Source of the DNA: Prorocentrum cordatum
Taxonomy: Eukaryota
Length of the DNA: 64,000 nucleotides
Assembly: GCA_963575745.1 (NCBI GenBank)
Contig: CAUYUJ010000181.1
Span: 434,001-498,000 of the forward strand
Direction of reading: 5' to 3'
Shown piece after piece: positions 23,781 through 37,428 of this stretch. The notes beneath the pieces were generated by a model. That model was not told the origin of the DNA. It searched no databases and saw only the letters and a list, made by a program, of their open reading frames with translations. The translations under genes were made by a program, and so were the position numbers. Every line of letters begins with the position of its first letter. Position 1 is the stretch's first letter.

Positions 23781-25242
23781 CTGGGGTCAGGTCGGGCATG
23801 TCCCCCTACAGGCAGATGTTGGCGGAAATCAAAAATAGCCAAGATTAATCAAAATAGACTCAACAATTATCAAAGAGTCGTCCCCATATGATCTTTTGGA
23901 CTATTTTTGAGTACTCCTCCTGTAGAGGGACATGCCCGACTTAATCCTGGGGGGAAGCGGCTCGTCCGCGCGGCCTATGCCAGAAGTGAAGCTGCAAGTG
24001 GGATGGAAAGGTTGCGGGGAGCTGCCCGAGCACGGGAGACGGGTATAGGTCTCTGGGTGCGAGCGGGCTGCCCTCACGAGCCGATGAGCCCACATCTGTC
24101 GAACCAGCCATGTTCACAGGCGCATTCGTTGCAGCTGCCCCCGCCCACTCAGTAGGCTACCGGAGGCCCTCGACTGGAGCGCACAGAAAAGCACGACCAC
24201 TGAACGCATCGGAACTGGACGCCACTGGAAGGAGGATGGGCACAAACCCTGTGTGCATGCCGTATCCAGCTTTGCTTCTCCTCCTCCTCCTCCTTCTCTG
24301 CTTCCTCCTCATCATCCTCATCATCATCATCATTCGCCTCCCGTGCCCCGCGTTCTTCACGTCTGCCATACCTCCTTCCCCTTCTCATCCCAATCCGCAC
24401 ATATCTCTATCCCTCCCACATATTTACATATACATATACATACCAATGTGCATAGGTATATACATGTACACAGATATGAATATATGAATATATATTCATA
24501 TATGTATACATATATGTATATATACATGTGTGTGTAAATTTCCGTCGGTCCCCCACCCCACCCAAGCGACCCCCCAAAGCGCTCAAAGCACGAAACCGCA
24601 GAACCGGTCGCTTCACGAAGCTGCACAATCGCTTTGAAACTTGTAGTGGTTATTGCGCAACCTGCTCATCAGCCTGCAATTCTGGCTGGCGAACGGCTTG
24701 CCACAATCACCCGTTCTAATGTGTTCCCCCAGGGGTCCTTAGGACAGATTCTTTAATGAGACATCCTTGTTAGAAACTCCAGACCAGACCGGCCTTTCCC
24801 TAGTACCCCGAACTAGAAGAATCCGTACTAAGGACCCCCTACTTGAGACATCCTGGCGAAAGAACCCTTACCAAGGAATCTGGACAAACCAAACATCCCG
24901 GCCGCCGGACCCAGAATGCTAATATATCTCATGTGTCCCTCGTGTTGTTCCATTCGCCTTGGCGGAGGCTCTCCTCCCGCTCTCTGTTGCGGCCCTCCTC
25001 CTCCTCCTCCTCCTCATCATCATCCTCTTCCTCCTCCTCCTTCTCCTCCTCCTCCTCCTCCTCCTCCTTCTCCTCTCCTCCTCCTCCTCCTCCTCTACCT
25101 CCCTCCTCCTCCTCCTCCTCCTCCTCCTCCCTCCTCCTCCTCCTCCCTGCCTCCTCCTCCTCCTCCTCCTCCTCCTCCTCCTCCTCCTCCACCTCCTCCT
25201 CCTCCTCCTCCTCCTCCTCATCATCATCATCATCATCATCAG

Positions 25243-25277
<35 letters not shown>

Positions 25278-27769
25278 ACATCATCTTCATCATCATATTC
25301 ACCATCCGTCAACTCCTCCTTCTCGTCCTCCCTTCTCCTCCTCCTCCTCCTCCTCCTCCTCCTGTCCTCCTCCTCCTACCTCTTTCCTATTTCCTCCTTC
25401 TTCTCCTCCTCTCCTCCTCCTCCTCCTCCTCCTCCTCCTCCTGCTCCTCCTCCTCCTCCTCCTGCTCCTCCTCCTGCTCCTCCTCGTCCTCCTCCTCCTT
25501 CTCCTCCTCCCTCCTCCCTCCTCCCTCCTCTATCCTCCTGTCCCCCCCCCGTCCCCCTTGAGCGCAGCGAACCGGCACGCAGCGCGCGCCCGCGAGGCCA
25601 TGCGGGCCGAGGCGGAGGCGCAGCGCAGGCGCCATGGAGGGAGCGGTTTGCTTTTGCTTCCCAGTTTCAGGATGGCCCTTGTTCAGTATCGGGCCCCACT
25701 TGGGCCCCACAGGACGCGAGCGCGGCGACACCGCCAATGCCACCGTCCCACCACCTCTCTCCTCCCTCCTCCCCCTCCCTCCTCCCCCCTCCTCCTCCTC
25801 CTCCTCCTCCTCCTCCTTCTCCTCCTCCTCCTCCTCCTCCTCCTCCTCCTCCTCCTCCTCCTCCTCCTCCAACTCCTCTTCCTCCTCCTCCTCCTCCTCC
25901 TCCTCCTCCTCGCCATCCTACTCATTCTCCCTCTCTTATCCGCCCCTTGCCAGTTGTCCCCCTTCACCTCCCGTGGTTCCTGTTCGGGGCCAGCCGATTG
26001 TCCTCGGCACCGATGCGGCCACCGGCGGCATGGGCCCGTTCTCCGATGGCCGGATCGCGAATCCGTTGGGACGGCCCCACGGGCGATGCCGTTGAGACAA
26101 GTCCGCGAGCCGCTGGGGCGCGGGAGCCAGCCGTTGGGACAACCCCTCAGGTCTCGAGCTAATCGCGGCCGCGCTCAGACGGGAGGCAGCTTGAAGTCCA
26201 GCTCTGCCGCGATCTGTTCCGCCTCATCCCTGGAGTTCACCCCCTGTGCCTGGCCGCCGTCGTCCTCCTCAATTCCTGTTCCTCCCATTCTTCCTCCCCT
26301 GATGGGTCGAGCGAGTGGCCGCTGGGATTGGCCCACGAAGGCTCACATCTCCTTTTCGTTCTGGGAGCCTCAGCAACGACAGCAACACCGATCAAAGAAA
26401 CCCTCGCCCAGGCCATATTCAAGCCTCAGGAGCCCGAACATGCCAACAATGACGACAAAAACAAAGTTTGCCGACGACCAGCTCGGCATACACCACGCGG
26501 ATTGCCAACAGTAAGTGCGAGCGCCCCAGGGAGGGGTGGCCAGTGAGGGCCAGTGGCAGGCCAGCTGAGGGTCGCACTCCCAATCAATGGGCAACCTTTT
26601 TCCGGACGCGGGCCGGAGACGCCCCCGCGACCCACTCCCGGACGAAGCTCCCGCTGGACCCTGCCTCGACGCCAAATCGGCGCTATCTCATCGACTCCCA
26701 GACGCTACTCGACGCGAGTCGGCGCTAGAGACGGAATTCGGAGGGTACGCCAGGCCCCATGCTTCGCCACCGAGACATCGAAGCCGAATCGGCGCATGCT
26801 GGCCGAACTTGGCAGCGAACCGGATCGATCGGAGCGCATTTGGGCCCTGCCTCGGGGGGCTCCCGCTGCCGAGGCTGCGGACGGAGCCTGGCGGCGCGCA
26901 CCGCGGACGGAGTTTGGCGGCGCGCACCCGGGGGGGGCAAGGGGGGGAGGAGGGGGGAGCGTGTCAGAAGCAGGGGTGCTTCCAGGAATCGGGGGGGCGT
27001 GGGACTCGGGTTTGGGGGACTCGGGCTGGCCCGACGGGGCCATCACGACAAGGACGCGGCCCAATCTGAAACTTGACGCGAGCTCCCGCAGCAGACATCC
27101 CGGGACAACTGGACCGTCAAAAAGCAGGGCGGGCTCGTCAGAAAGCATAGGCGCACCCGAGTTCCGGCGTACGCGAGCATTACGTTTCCCTGAAGGAATC
27201 CTTCCCCCCCTCTCCCCCCGCTCCCCTCTGCTCTGGCGCGTGCCTTTGGTTGACCCAATAGATGTAGGGCAATTGGATTGCAAATGCATTGCGCCAGAGG
27301 CTTGTATCGCCTTGTTTTGCAGCGAATGCATTGCACGCGAAAATCCAGCAATACACTTGCGCACCGGAATATATTGCACGCCCCAACTCGATTGCAACCC
27401 CACAAATTGGAGGGGTGCAAAAACGCCCCTACCCTGGGTTACAACTTTGTGGTCTGTGCTCCCAGGGGCCAGAGAGCCGCCAGGACGCCGCGCGACACGC
27501 GCGATATGCAGGGCTTATCCTGTCAGCCCACAGGCAGGAGGCTCAGCGCACAGCGCTTCGTAAACCAGGGCAGGGGCGTTTTTTTAACGCCCTTGGCAAA
27601 TCTACTGTGCCAAATCTATTGCGCCACCCCCTTTCGGCTGGACCCCCTCTTTTTGGTCAACCAAGAGTGCCCGCGCGGTCCTCTTTGTCCTCCTCTTTGT
27701 CCTCGCGCTGTCCTCGCGCCCTCCTCTTTGTCCTCGCGCTGTACCAAGAGTTTGGACCCCCTCTTTGTC

Positions 27770-27900
27770 CTCGCGCTGTCGCGCGGCGAGAGGTCCCCGC
27801 GCCGCTCGGCCTCCGCCGCCAGCGCGCCGAAGAGCGCCTCGTCGCGGCTGCCCAGCGCCGCGGCGGCCCACGCCAGCCCCGCCAGCTTGCCCGAGGCGAC
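27770..27900 (-). CDS. Exon of helical-repeat gene (VASGKLAGLAWAAAALGSRDEALFGALAAEAERRGDLSPRDSA)
   Basis: Clear repeat unit LAGLAWAAAALG..DEALF.ALA. Acceptor GAG|G, donor AG|GA (phase 2); joins the 23780 exon as LSPRDSA-R-MLWALA. Confidence 0.8.
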
Positions 27901-28459
27901 CTCTCGGGCGCGGCCTGGCCGACCCCTCGCAAACCATCCCCCTTCGTGGCGTCCCCCTCGCCTCTCAAGCTGCCCTAGACCAAAAGAAACGCCCTAAATA
28001 TAAACTTGTGGCGCTCCGCGCGGAATTCTCGGATCTGCGCTGGACCCCCCCTCCCTGGCGCGCGGAGCGCGCCAGGCCTGGGGCGGCGCCGGAGGCGCCG
28101 CCGGGGGGGGAGGCCCAGCGCGGATCCAAGAGATCCGCGCGGAGCGCCAAAAACTTCTGTTTATGGCGCCTTCTCTTCTTCGACTATCAGGCTGCCCCCC
28201 GGCCGCACAGCTGCGCCCTGGGACGCGGCGAGGGGAACGCCGCGGCAGGGGATGGCTTGCTATAGGTAGGGGGCAAACTAACCTACCTCGCTTTTGACCA
28301 CCCTCGCTTCCAAGAGATACCAAGCGATGCCAAACTACGGCATGTACTGGTCAGGCCGCTTGCCGAGGAGGCGTGTGGTATGACTTGGTTTTGCCTGGAA
28401 GCGAAAGCTGGGTAGGTAATCCACGCCCTGAATAGGGGTCGCTCAGGCCGCCCCTGAGC

Positions 28460-28499
28460 CTCGCGCGCGCCCGGCGCGGCCCGGGACAGCACGCCGCTC
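28460..28499 (-). CDS. Candidate 40-bp exon (SGVLSRAAPGARE)
   Basis: GAG|G acceptor and GAG|GC donor. It bridges the phase between the 32.7 kb and 27.9 kb exons (ALCR-SGVLSRAAPGARE-VASGKL). Confidence 0.45.
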
Positions 28500-29429
28500 C
28501 TCCCGGGGCGGCGGGGCCAGGGCAGCGCCGGAGAGCGGGAGGCGGGGCCGGAGGGGGCGCCCCAGAGGTGGCCGCGGAGGGGGGGGCAGACGCCTCCTCC
28601 TCCTCCGCCACCTCCTCCTCCTCCTCCTCCCCCCTCCTCCCTCCTCCTCCCTCCTCCCTCCCTCCTCCCTCCTCCCTCCTCCCTCCCCCCCCTCCGCCTC
28701 CTCCTCCCTCCTCCCCCTCCGTCCCCCTCCTCCCCCCTCCCTCCTCCTCCTCCCTCCTCCCCCTCCTCCTCCTCCTCCGCCTCCTCCTCCTCATCATACT
28801 CTTCCTGCTCCTCCTCCTGCTCCTTCTCCTCCTCCAATTCCTCTTCTTTCTCCTCCTGCCCCTCCTCCTTCTCCTCCTCCTCCGCCTCCTCCTCCTTCTC
28901 CTCCTCCTTCTACATGGGAGCCCTCCCCTCAGATCCTGGCGCTGCAGCTCTGTGACAACGAGGGTCTCCGCCCAATCTCGGGTCCGTGGGCTCTGGCAGA
29001 TCGATGCCGGTCAACAAAAAAGAGCGCAGAGAGCTGGGTTATGGGGCTCCCGTGGTGTGTTCTTGTGCTTGCGATGCTACGGTTGTGTCTGCAACGTCGA
29101 CTCCCAGGGGACAAGCATGCTCGTGGGATCCATCATCAGCTGGGCTTGCCAGAGCAAACTCGCATCTCCGAGCTTGGACCCTGAAGGGCACACCCATGTG
29201 GCTGTCGACTTGCCGGCATCTGAGCCGTGCACATGCCGTGGCGCGAGGATCGAAACACCTCCTGCCCTCCTTCTGGCCCTCGAGCAGAGGGAGGAGGGAG
29301 GAGGAGGCGGGAGGTCCGGCCCAGGGCTGGACCTAAACGCTGTTGTTCGTTATGTTTTCGTTATGGTCTTCGTTTTGCTCGACCTGTTTTCCTGTACCCC
29401 CTTGCCACAACAAAAACCAACAAAACACA

Positions 29430-29900
29430 GCGCCTGCCCCCCAGCGCCGCCGCTGGCGCGTATGGCGCGCGGCCTGGCCAGGGGCTTGCGCACGCGCGGC
29501 GTCCGCGCCAGGGCCCCAACGCCGCCAGCCGCGCCCCCGCGGCCCCGCCTGCAGCTCGGCTACGCCGGGGCGCCAGCGCCGAGCCCGTCAGCGCCGGCGC
29601 CCTGCTCGCCGAGTTCGCTGCGGGCCGCTCATCATGGCCCCACTCCCTCGCGCAGGGGCCCGGGCAGGCCTGCTGCCTGCACTGCGGCCGCAGCACGGAG
29701 ACCTCGGCGGCGATGCTGGCCACTGCTTGTCCGCGACGGCGGGAGCGCCGGTCGGCGCTTGGGCAGGGGGCGATGCTGCTGCTTGGAGCCCCGCTCGGCG
29801 CTGGCGGCGGGCCGCGTCGCCCAGCTGCCCAAGGTGCCCCGACTAGGGGGCTCCGCGCCGGGCGTCGGCGACCGCGCTTGCTGCCCGCTTTCGCCCGTCA
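29430..29900 (+). pseudogene. Probable 3' remnant of a non-LTR retrotransposon
   Basis: PHSLAQGPGQACCLHCGRS...MLATAC parallels the H-x-L...C-x-x-C-G...L-x-x-x-C motif at 54264-54390. Confidence 0.42.
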
Positions 29901-31411
29901 GAAAAGCGCTCATGGCCAGTGGTGCCGTGTCAGAAGTACTGGGAGGACAGGGTAGTCCTGGAAAGCTGGCCCGAGTCTCAGGACTGGGCTCGGCGATATT
30001 CAAAAAAAAGGGCGAGCCTGGATTGTGAGAGAACTGCAGGCTAACTTGGTTGATCCAGGCTGGTTGCACGTCGCGGGTATACTGCAACGGCTCAAGGCTC
30101 AGGGAGCGGAAGACCGTGTGGAGCACGCAGTTTGGATTGAAGTGCAAGGCACGGCACGGCCGATGCCATCCTCCTCAAGAGGCGTCATCTGCGAGCTGCC
30201 CAGGCCGTGACTTTCGAGAGCGTGAACCCATAAACCCCACATGGAAGCATTAGTGCGTATCGGCATCTCCTCACACATGCTTAACGCCATCGGCGATATT
30301 TGCAAGGACAGGAGCTCTGCGGTGGGGGACACCAGACAAGCATCAGCCCCCACCTCTCCAACTACAGCCACTCAAGTTTAATAGGAAGAAGCTTGCACTC
30401 CCAGTTCGATGCGCCGCTAACATTCCGATGCCAGACGGAAATTGGGCAAGTCAGGAAGACGGCGCCGTCTACCTCAGCTGCGTTCTTTCGGCGGACGCCA
30501 CGAATCGATCGGAACTCCGCCAGAGGCTCGGGGCAGTCAGAGCGGCGGTGGAAACTGTGCTTCTAGTCTAGCCGCACGCTGCGATTATCAGCTGCCCGAA
30601 GCAAGGTCCAGGCCGTGGAGGCCTGTACAGTCAGCAAGCGTCTTTGTATCTTGACAGCTGCGCGGCTGAAGAGCGCAGAGCTCGATCAAAACGATGCATC
30701 CCTGGCGCGATGCTTGCAGAAAGTACCGCAAATGCAACATTCGCACTGCAGTCGCACAGAGCAGAATCCGAACGAGCATCCGGAAAGGACAGCTGTTATC
30801 CTCCTAGAGCGACAGAAGTCTCGAACCCGCGCGGAAGACGCAGGAGAGGAACACCCCGACAAGCATGCATCGCCGAGGCGGACAGGCGACGCAGCGCCAG
30901 CCTGCCAACCTTCACGCGTGAGAGAGAGGCGGAGGTGGAGGTGCGAGGAGCACCCGTCGCCAGATGCCGCGCCCGGGCTGCTCGGGTGTGCCCGCTGTGT
31001 GCTCCGCGCCCCTGCACCCCCCCCCCCCGAGCAGCCCCTGCACTCGTGGGGCTCTCGCCGCGCTCGCCCGCGGGCTTCGGCGGGCGCGGCGAGAGGAGGC
31101 CTCTCGTCGCCCGGTGGGCGGCCGGTGGGCGCCCCGTGGGCGCGCCTCGTGCGCCCCGCGTGCCGCGCGAGGGCGCCCACGCGTGTCGCCCGAGGGGGCG
31201 GCCGCGGGCGGGGCGTGGGCGCCCCGCGTGCGCTGGGCGGGCGCGGCGAGGCTGCCGCCCGGTGGGCGGCCGTGGGCGCCCCGGGCGGCGCGTGCCGCAC
31301 CGCCTGGCACCGCGCAGCTCGCGCCGCGTCGAGCTCGCGTTCTCGTCTCCTGCACGGCGTGGGCGGGGCGCCACGTGGGCTGCGCCACGTGGCCTGCGCC
31401 TTACGGCCTGC

Positions 31412-31439
31412 AACACACGCACACACACAGACGCACACA

Positions 31440-31511
<72 letters not shown>

Positions 31512-31572
31512 CACACGCACACACGCACAGACACACACACACGCACAGACACACACACACACACACACACCT
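31412..31572 (+). repeat. (CACG)n/(CA)n microsatellite
   Basis: Direct inspection. Confidence 0.95.
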
Positions 31573-32680
31573 CACGCCGCACAACTTGCAGCATATCGGT
31601 CGCACCCCACAGCTCGCACCACACAGCTCCAGGCACATGGCTTGCACCACACAGCTTACACACAGCTCACACCACGTAGCTTGTCCATCCACAGCGCAAT
31701 TGCTGACTGTTTGGGGTCAACGATGGCATGCGTCCATCTGCGATATTACTAACAGTCCTCAAACTCGTGCACATAACCGCACACCCTCTTGCAGAATTCC
31801 TGAATACATGCTGCTCTCCTCTCTCCCCTGACCCTGTCCATAAAAACATTCGCCCTCACCGAATACTGTTTCAACACACAAGATTGGACGAAGGCTATGT
31901 TCCATTCGTTGTTCAACAATCTGAGTGTTTTCGGTGTCAAAATGGTGCTCCCGCTGCAGCGCAGGCCTCATTGTTTGGATCGGCGCCGTGCTCCCGTCGT
32001 GCAGAATGGCGCTCTCGCCCAAGCGCGGGTCACTTTTCTGGATCACATTTCCATCGTTCTCGACCCCCTCATTCGCTCTCCTCCGCCTTCCCGCTCCAGC
32101 TTGTGCTGCTGCTGTTGCTGTTCGTCCTCGTTCTCCTCATCCTTCTTTTGCCTCCTGCTCATGCTTCTGCTCATCCGCCACCTTCCCCTCCAATGTGCGC
32201 AGCTCCCTTTTTTCTCAGTGCGCGTAACGCAATCAGGTCCCCTTTAGAGTTCAAGGCCCGCTATGACACACGTCAACAGAGAAAGAGAGAAACCGCGCAG
32301 TGGGAATGGATGGGTGGGAGAGGTAGGATGTCAGATATGGCGCAGGCTCACCTAACTTGCCTCCCTCCTCCCTTTCTCACCTCCCAACTCCCCACTCTCA
32401 TCCCCCTCCACCGGCCTCATCCCTAACACTTGGTTTTCATTCCTTCCCTGATCCCCCATCCTCCACCCTCTGCTCCTCCACCGCCACCCCCGCTTCAACA
32501 CCCACCTCAACTCCGCCTTCTCCTCCCATCCTCATCCTCCCTCCTCCTCCTTCCCCTGCCCTCATCCCACACGTCCCCCTGTCGCCCCTCCTCTTCTGGC
32601 CTCCCTCGTCCCCCTGCTCCCACGGCTCCCCTGCGTTCTCCTCCTCTGTGGCCCCCCCCCCCCCTCTACGATCGCGGCTC

Positions 32681-32793
32681 CGGCAGAGCGCCTCCCCGCA
32701 GGCGCCCAGGGTGGCGTGCGCCCAGGCCACGTCCGAGACGGCCGCTGCGGGGGGGTCTGGCCCGCAGCGCGCCAGGAACTGGGCCGTGAGGGC
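32681..32793 (-). CDS. Exon of helical-repeat gene (ALTAQFLARCGPDPPAAAVSDVAWAHATLGACGEALC)
   Basis: Acceptor CCCAG|G. SDVAWAHATLG matches the S-x-x-x-W-A-x-A-x-L-G repeat motif. Donor is either GAG|GC (32692) or CG|GA (32681). Confidence 0.72.
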
Positions 32794-33719
32794 CTGGGCC
32801 CCACGCGCTTCGCTGCCACTGCTGCGGCGCCTCCTCATCCTACCCGCATCCTCCTCCTCCACCTTCTCTACCTCCTGCTCTTCCTCGTCCTCCTCCACCA
32901 CCTTCTCTTCCTCCTGCTCTTCCTCCTCCTCATCCTCCTCCATCGCCTCCCCCATCTCCTCCTCCTCCTCCTCCTCCTCCTCCTCCTCCTCCTCCTCCTC
33001 CTCCTCCTCTTCCACCACCACCACCACCACCTCCTCCTCCTCCTCCTGCTCCGTCGCAACCCTCATCGCGTTTTCATCGTCCCCCTCCTCATCATCAAAT
33101 GGTGTCCAGTCTCCCCTTGACTCATCTTTCCATCATTCACTCTTCATCTGTTGTATGCCCTTGCCCATATTGTCCCCCATCGAATTTCCGTATCATCGTT
33201 CTCCTCCTGCTGCTTTTCATCATCCCGTTCCTTTCTTCTCTCCCCCATCCTCTGCCTCGGACTACAGTGTCCCGCTCCTCCTCATCCGTCTCCCGCCCAA
33301 TCTTCTACTCACCTTCTCTCCTTGTGATTTCCGCCATCCCCCTCTGCATCTTCTTACTCATGTGCAACCCAAACTCTCATGTTCATCATCCTTACCGCCA
33401 CCATCATAATCAGCATCATCACCACATTCTGACCATTACCATGACCATGACCATGACCGTAACCATCAGCACCAGAAGCATCAACAACAACTTCAGCATC
33501 AGCATCAACATCAGCATCATAAAATGAGGCCACATAAGTACTACATCAAAGGTTGGGAGGGGGGGCGTGAAGGGAAGTGACCCAACCAGGAAATCGGTTT
33601 CGGTTTCCTTTCGTGTCGTGCGTGCGGACAAAGCGAAGCTGCGCGAACTCCTGCACTTGTAGAGGCCACATGGAGCCCAAAAGGTCGCCCGCCCCCCACC
33701 CCGGCCGAGCGCGGCCCCC

Positions 33720-34212
33720 GTGGTTGTCCCGATGGTTGTCCCGATGGTTGTCCCGATGGTTGTCCCGATGGCTGTCCCGATGGTTTTCCCGATGGTTGTC
33801 CCGATGGTTGGCCCGATGGTTGTCCCGATGGTTTGCCCGATGGTTGGCCCGATTGTTGTCCCGATGGTTGTCCCGGTGGGTGTCCCGATGATTGTCCCGA
33901 TGGTTGTGCCGATGGTTGTTCCGATGGTTGTCCCGATGGTTGTCCCCATGGTTGTCCCGATGGTAGTCCCGATGGTTGTCCCTGTGGTAGTCCCGATGGT
34001 TGTCCCGATGGCTGTCCCGATGGTTGTCCCGATGGTAGTCTCGATGGTGGTCCCGATGGTTGTCCCGATGGTTGTCCCGATGGTTGTCCCGATGGTTGGC
34101 CCGATGGTTGTCCCGATGGTTGTCCCGATGGTTGTCCCGATGGTTGTCCCGATGGTTGTCCCGATGGTTATCCCGATGGTTGTCCCGACTTGTCCCGATG
34201 GTGTCCCGACGG
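33720..34212 (+). repeat. 12-bp tandem minisatellite (GATGGTTGTCCC)n, about 40 copies
   Basis: Direct inspection: point variants, with the register kept throughout. Confidence 0.95.
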
Positions 34213-35504
34213 TGGGTACAGAGATAGATAGATAGTTGGGTCGAGAGATAGATAGGTAGACCAGTAGACAGGCAGACAAATGGACAGTTAGATAGGTAGA
34301 TGGACACACATTGACACCATTAGCACCACCATCACCACCATCATCTCGAAGACATCTGCAATCAAGCCACAGATAGAGAGAGAGAGAGGTAGATGGATAT
34401 ATAGACAGCACCACCACCCACCACCACCACCAAACCACCACCATCGCCACCACCACCACCAAGAACCCAGAGCCATCGCTAATCGATCGCCTCCCCCTTC
34501 TCCCCACCAACCTCCTTATCACCCGACAGGCCATCCTATCGGTATAGACCCAATGCTGCAATGACACATCGTGCCATGCCCTTTGGCCCTTCAACTATCG
34601 CATGCAAGCAACATGAAAATGGGAAAAATAGAGGGGAACTATAAGAGTGAGGGGGCGGCGGGGTTGTCAGCAATATTTGAAGCTCTGACGAAGCCCGCCG
34701 TAATTGCCGATCCTTCTTCATCCTACACCTTGCACAACGAGCCCGCCGCAGGTGCCGACTTACTTCGTCAAGCAACGTGGGTGCATCGCGGATGGGTAGC
34801 AGGTAGGGTCGCGGGATGGGTCGCGGGGTGGTCGCGGGTTGGGTCGCAGGTGGGTCGTGGACGGGTCGCGGGCGGGTCGCGGGCGAGGACGACACAACAA
34901 CGCAACGCAACGCAACAACACTCCACACCGCGGAACCCACTTTAGCCACGCAACCAATGACTAATTAAAAAACGAGCACATCCTTGTTCCCGTTTTCGTC
35001 CTCGCCGCTATCCTCATGTTGTTCCTTCACGCTGTGAATTACCATGTCAAATGTTATTTCCCGTCTCGTTCTGGCCCATTCCTGCAAAACCTTCCCTAAA
35101 ATCCCTCTGGGAGTTGTTTCTGCAGAGGCTCCTTCTTGGGGTCCTCTTGGGGGCCGGACGAAAGCTTCTTGGGGGCCTCTGGAGGCCTACAGGGCGCGGT
35201 TTGGGGGTCTGCGCGGCCACTTAGAGCCCCCTTGCTGCCAGCTAAGGTGTCCCTCAACGACATGGCAGTGACTTGGAACTGTTTGGGGGCTGTCATGGTG
35301 CTCTCTTCGAGTCGTCTTGGGGCCCTGTTGGGCCGTCTTGGGGCTCTCGTGGACTTTCTGGGTGCCCTTTTGGCTGGTTTGGATGCGATGTTCGGGACCG
35401 CTTGAACGGCTTCAGAAGCCCAGAAGACCGACGAACCAACCTCTCCAAACCGATACAAACAGATGCAAACATCAACGTCAGTCCGCTTGGATGGCTTCTT
35501 AATT

Positions 35505-35731
35505 GGGCGCCCGAGTTATCCGGGGTAACTCGGGTCCGGGGTAACTCGGGTTTGGAGTCCCGAAAAAGGAACCCGAGTTAGCCCTGACCCGAGTTACCCC
35601 TGATGATTCGGGGCTCTGGATGCCCGAGTTATCCGGGGTAACTCGGGTCCGGGGTAACTCGGGTTTGGATTCCCGAAAAACGAACCCGAATTATCCCTGA
35701 CCCGAGTTACCCCGGATGATTCGAGGCTCTG
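35505..35731. repeat. Family F: tandem dimer of a unit of about 115 bp; second dimer at 58333-58560
   Basis: Unit GCCCGAGTTATCCGGGGTAACTCGGGTCCGGGGTAACTCGGGTTTGGA.TCCCGAAAA..ACCCGAGTTA.CCCTGACCCGAGTTACCCCTGATGATTCGGGGCTCTG; internally self-complementary. Confidence 0.9.
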
Positions 35732-37242
35732 ACTTAAGGATCTCCTCTGGCACGTTTTCGGGCGTCTTGGGTGTTTTTGGGGTCTCGCGGGGCCGTCCGG
35801 CCTCTCTCCGGACCGACCCGGGCCCAATTTCGAGGCCCAACAGGCAGTGACGTCCAGGAGGGCCAAGAAGCCGAGGAGACGCCCTGCAGGAATGCTCAGA
35901 CGGCAAGGCCGCCGACGGCGCCGATGCTGGTGATGACGATGGCGACGATGCTGCCCATGCGTAGGAAAGGAAGGTGACCAGTTGATGATGGCCCCAGTGG
36001 CGACGACTGCCAGTTACGATGACGGCGATCAAGCGATGTCGCTGATGAGGGTGATGCTGAGGAAGTGCGCGCGTGCAGAAATTCGAAGCTCTGACAAGCG
36101 TGAATTGAACACCGCTTGCTTTGTATATGTTTTTGAAGGGCTCCATTTTGAGATGCTTCGGGAGCCAATGGGTTGCAAGGGATTTCAAGACGCGCGCGTG
36201 GCGGCGCGCGCGCTCGCGCGACCCGCATTGCATTATCTGGCACGGATTCGCGCACTGGGCGCACGCCAGATCAACACAACTGGGCAGGCATTTCTTGCAG
36301 TGAGCACACATACTTGTAGGTAGATCTACACGGCGTCTGCATACACAACGAAATACCTAGGTAAACGCCAAGATACACGACAAACGAACGGAAGGGTAAC
36401 TATCCCACTGTTGTTCACTCGTGTTCGAATCTGCGGACGACCTTGAACACCCAGCGGCATATCCAATCTCTCCATCATCTCTCCATGGGCCACCTCATTA
36501 TCGCAGTATCGCTCCCATTCCCACCATGAACGTCATTGCGTACTCATCTGTATGAGACCTCGGGGCGCAAGGAGAGGTCATGCCTGAACTAAACCCAGGT
36601 TGTCGTAGCGCAAAGTCGCAACCGACATCATCATGTCCGCAGCATCCTGCGGCCTGAACTGGTCCGCTCGCCTCATTGACTCTGCGCCGAGCAAGTCCAG
36701 GAACCTGAAGAGAAGGAGAGATCAAAGACGGCGGAAAAGGAAAAACCAAGAAAAGGATAACGACAGAAGGACAACGGGAAGAAAATGGCAGGGTGAAGGG
36801 GCGTGAGGCAGACGGGGGCACATGCGACACCGAGGAGGCAGAACGATTCCACCGCCTCCTTACCGACTGGAAGACCTCCAATACCTCAACCCCATCCTCG
36901 TCCTCTTCCTTGATGTCCTCTTTCATTCTCGGCATCCATCCCTTTTTCTGCTCCTCCTCTTACTCAAATATTCATCCTCCTGCGCGTTGCACAACTCCCC
37001 GCGGCTACCACACAGACCACCCGTCAGGCGATGAGGAGGCAAAGGGGGGGAATTGAAACCACTCGTGGTTTGCATTCGGCGCGCAGTTCAACTCACTGTT
37101 ACACACGGATCTGTATACCAACACAGAGACGCATGTGTGTGCATATACAAATGCATGCCGATAAGTCTTTAAACCTACCATACGTCTGGACGTTGACGCT
37201 TGGGGACTGGGAGGCTTTGAAAGGCTGGGGACGTTGATTCTT

Positions 37243-37428
37243 GTCGGCTACACGTAAGAGTGACCCTGGGTAAGAGTGACCTTTGGTGCGCGGCAAAACG
37301 GAGGACGCGGGGTGGCCAAACCTGGGCGCGCAAGCCGCTGCTACCGCTTCGCGCTCAGCGATCGGGGGACCCCATTGGGCCCCACCAAAGGTCACTCCGG
37401 CGAGAGCTCACTCTTACGTGTAGTCGAT
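37243..37428. mobile_element. Family E MITE-like element; copies at 17523-17707 and, diverged, 59545-59703
   Basis: TIR TCGGCTACACGTAAGAGTGA...TCACTCTTACGTGTAGTCGA with subterminal GAGTGACCTTTG/CAAAGGTCACTC. Confidence 0.8.

Noticed and set aside
33419..34594. Repeat proteins (TIGT)n, (RDNH)n, (CPDG)n
   Set aside because: The 12-bp minisatellite is open in nearly all frames, with no unique flanking coding signal.
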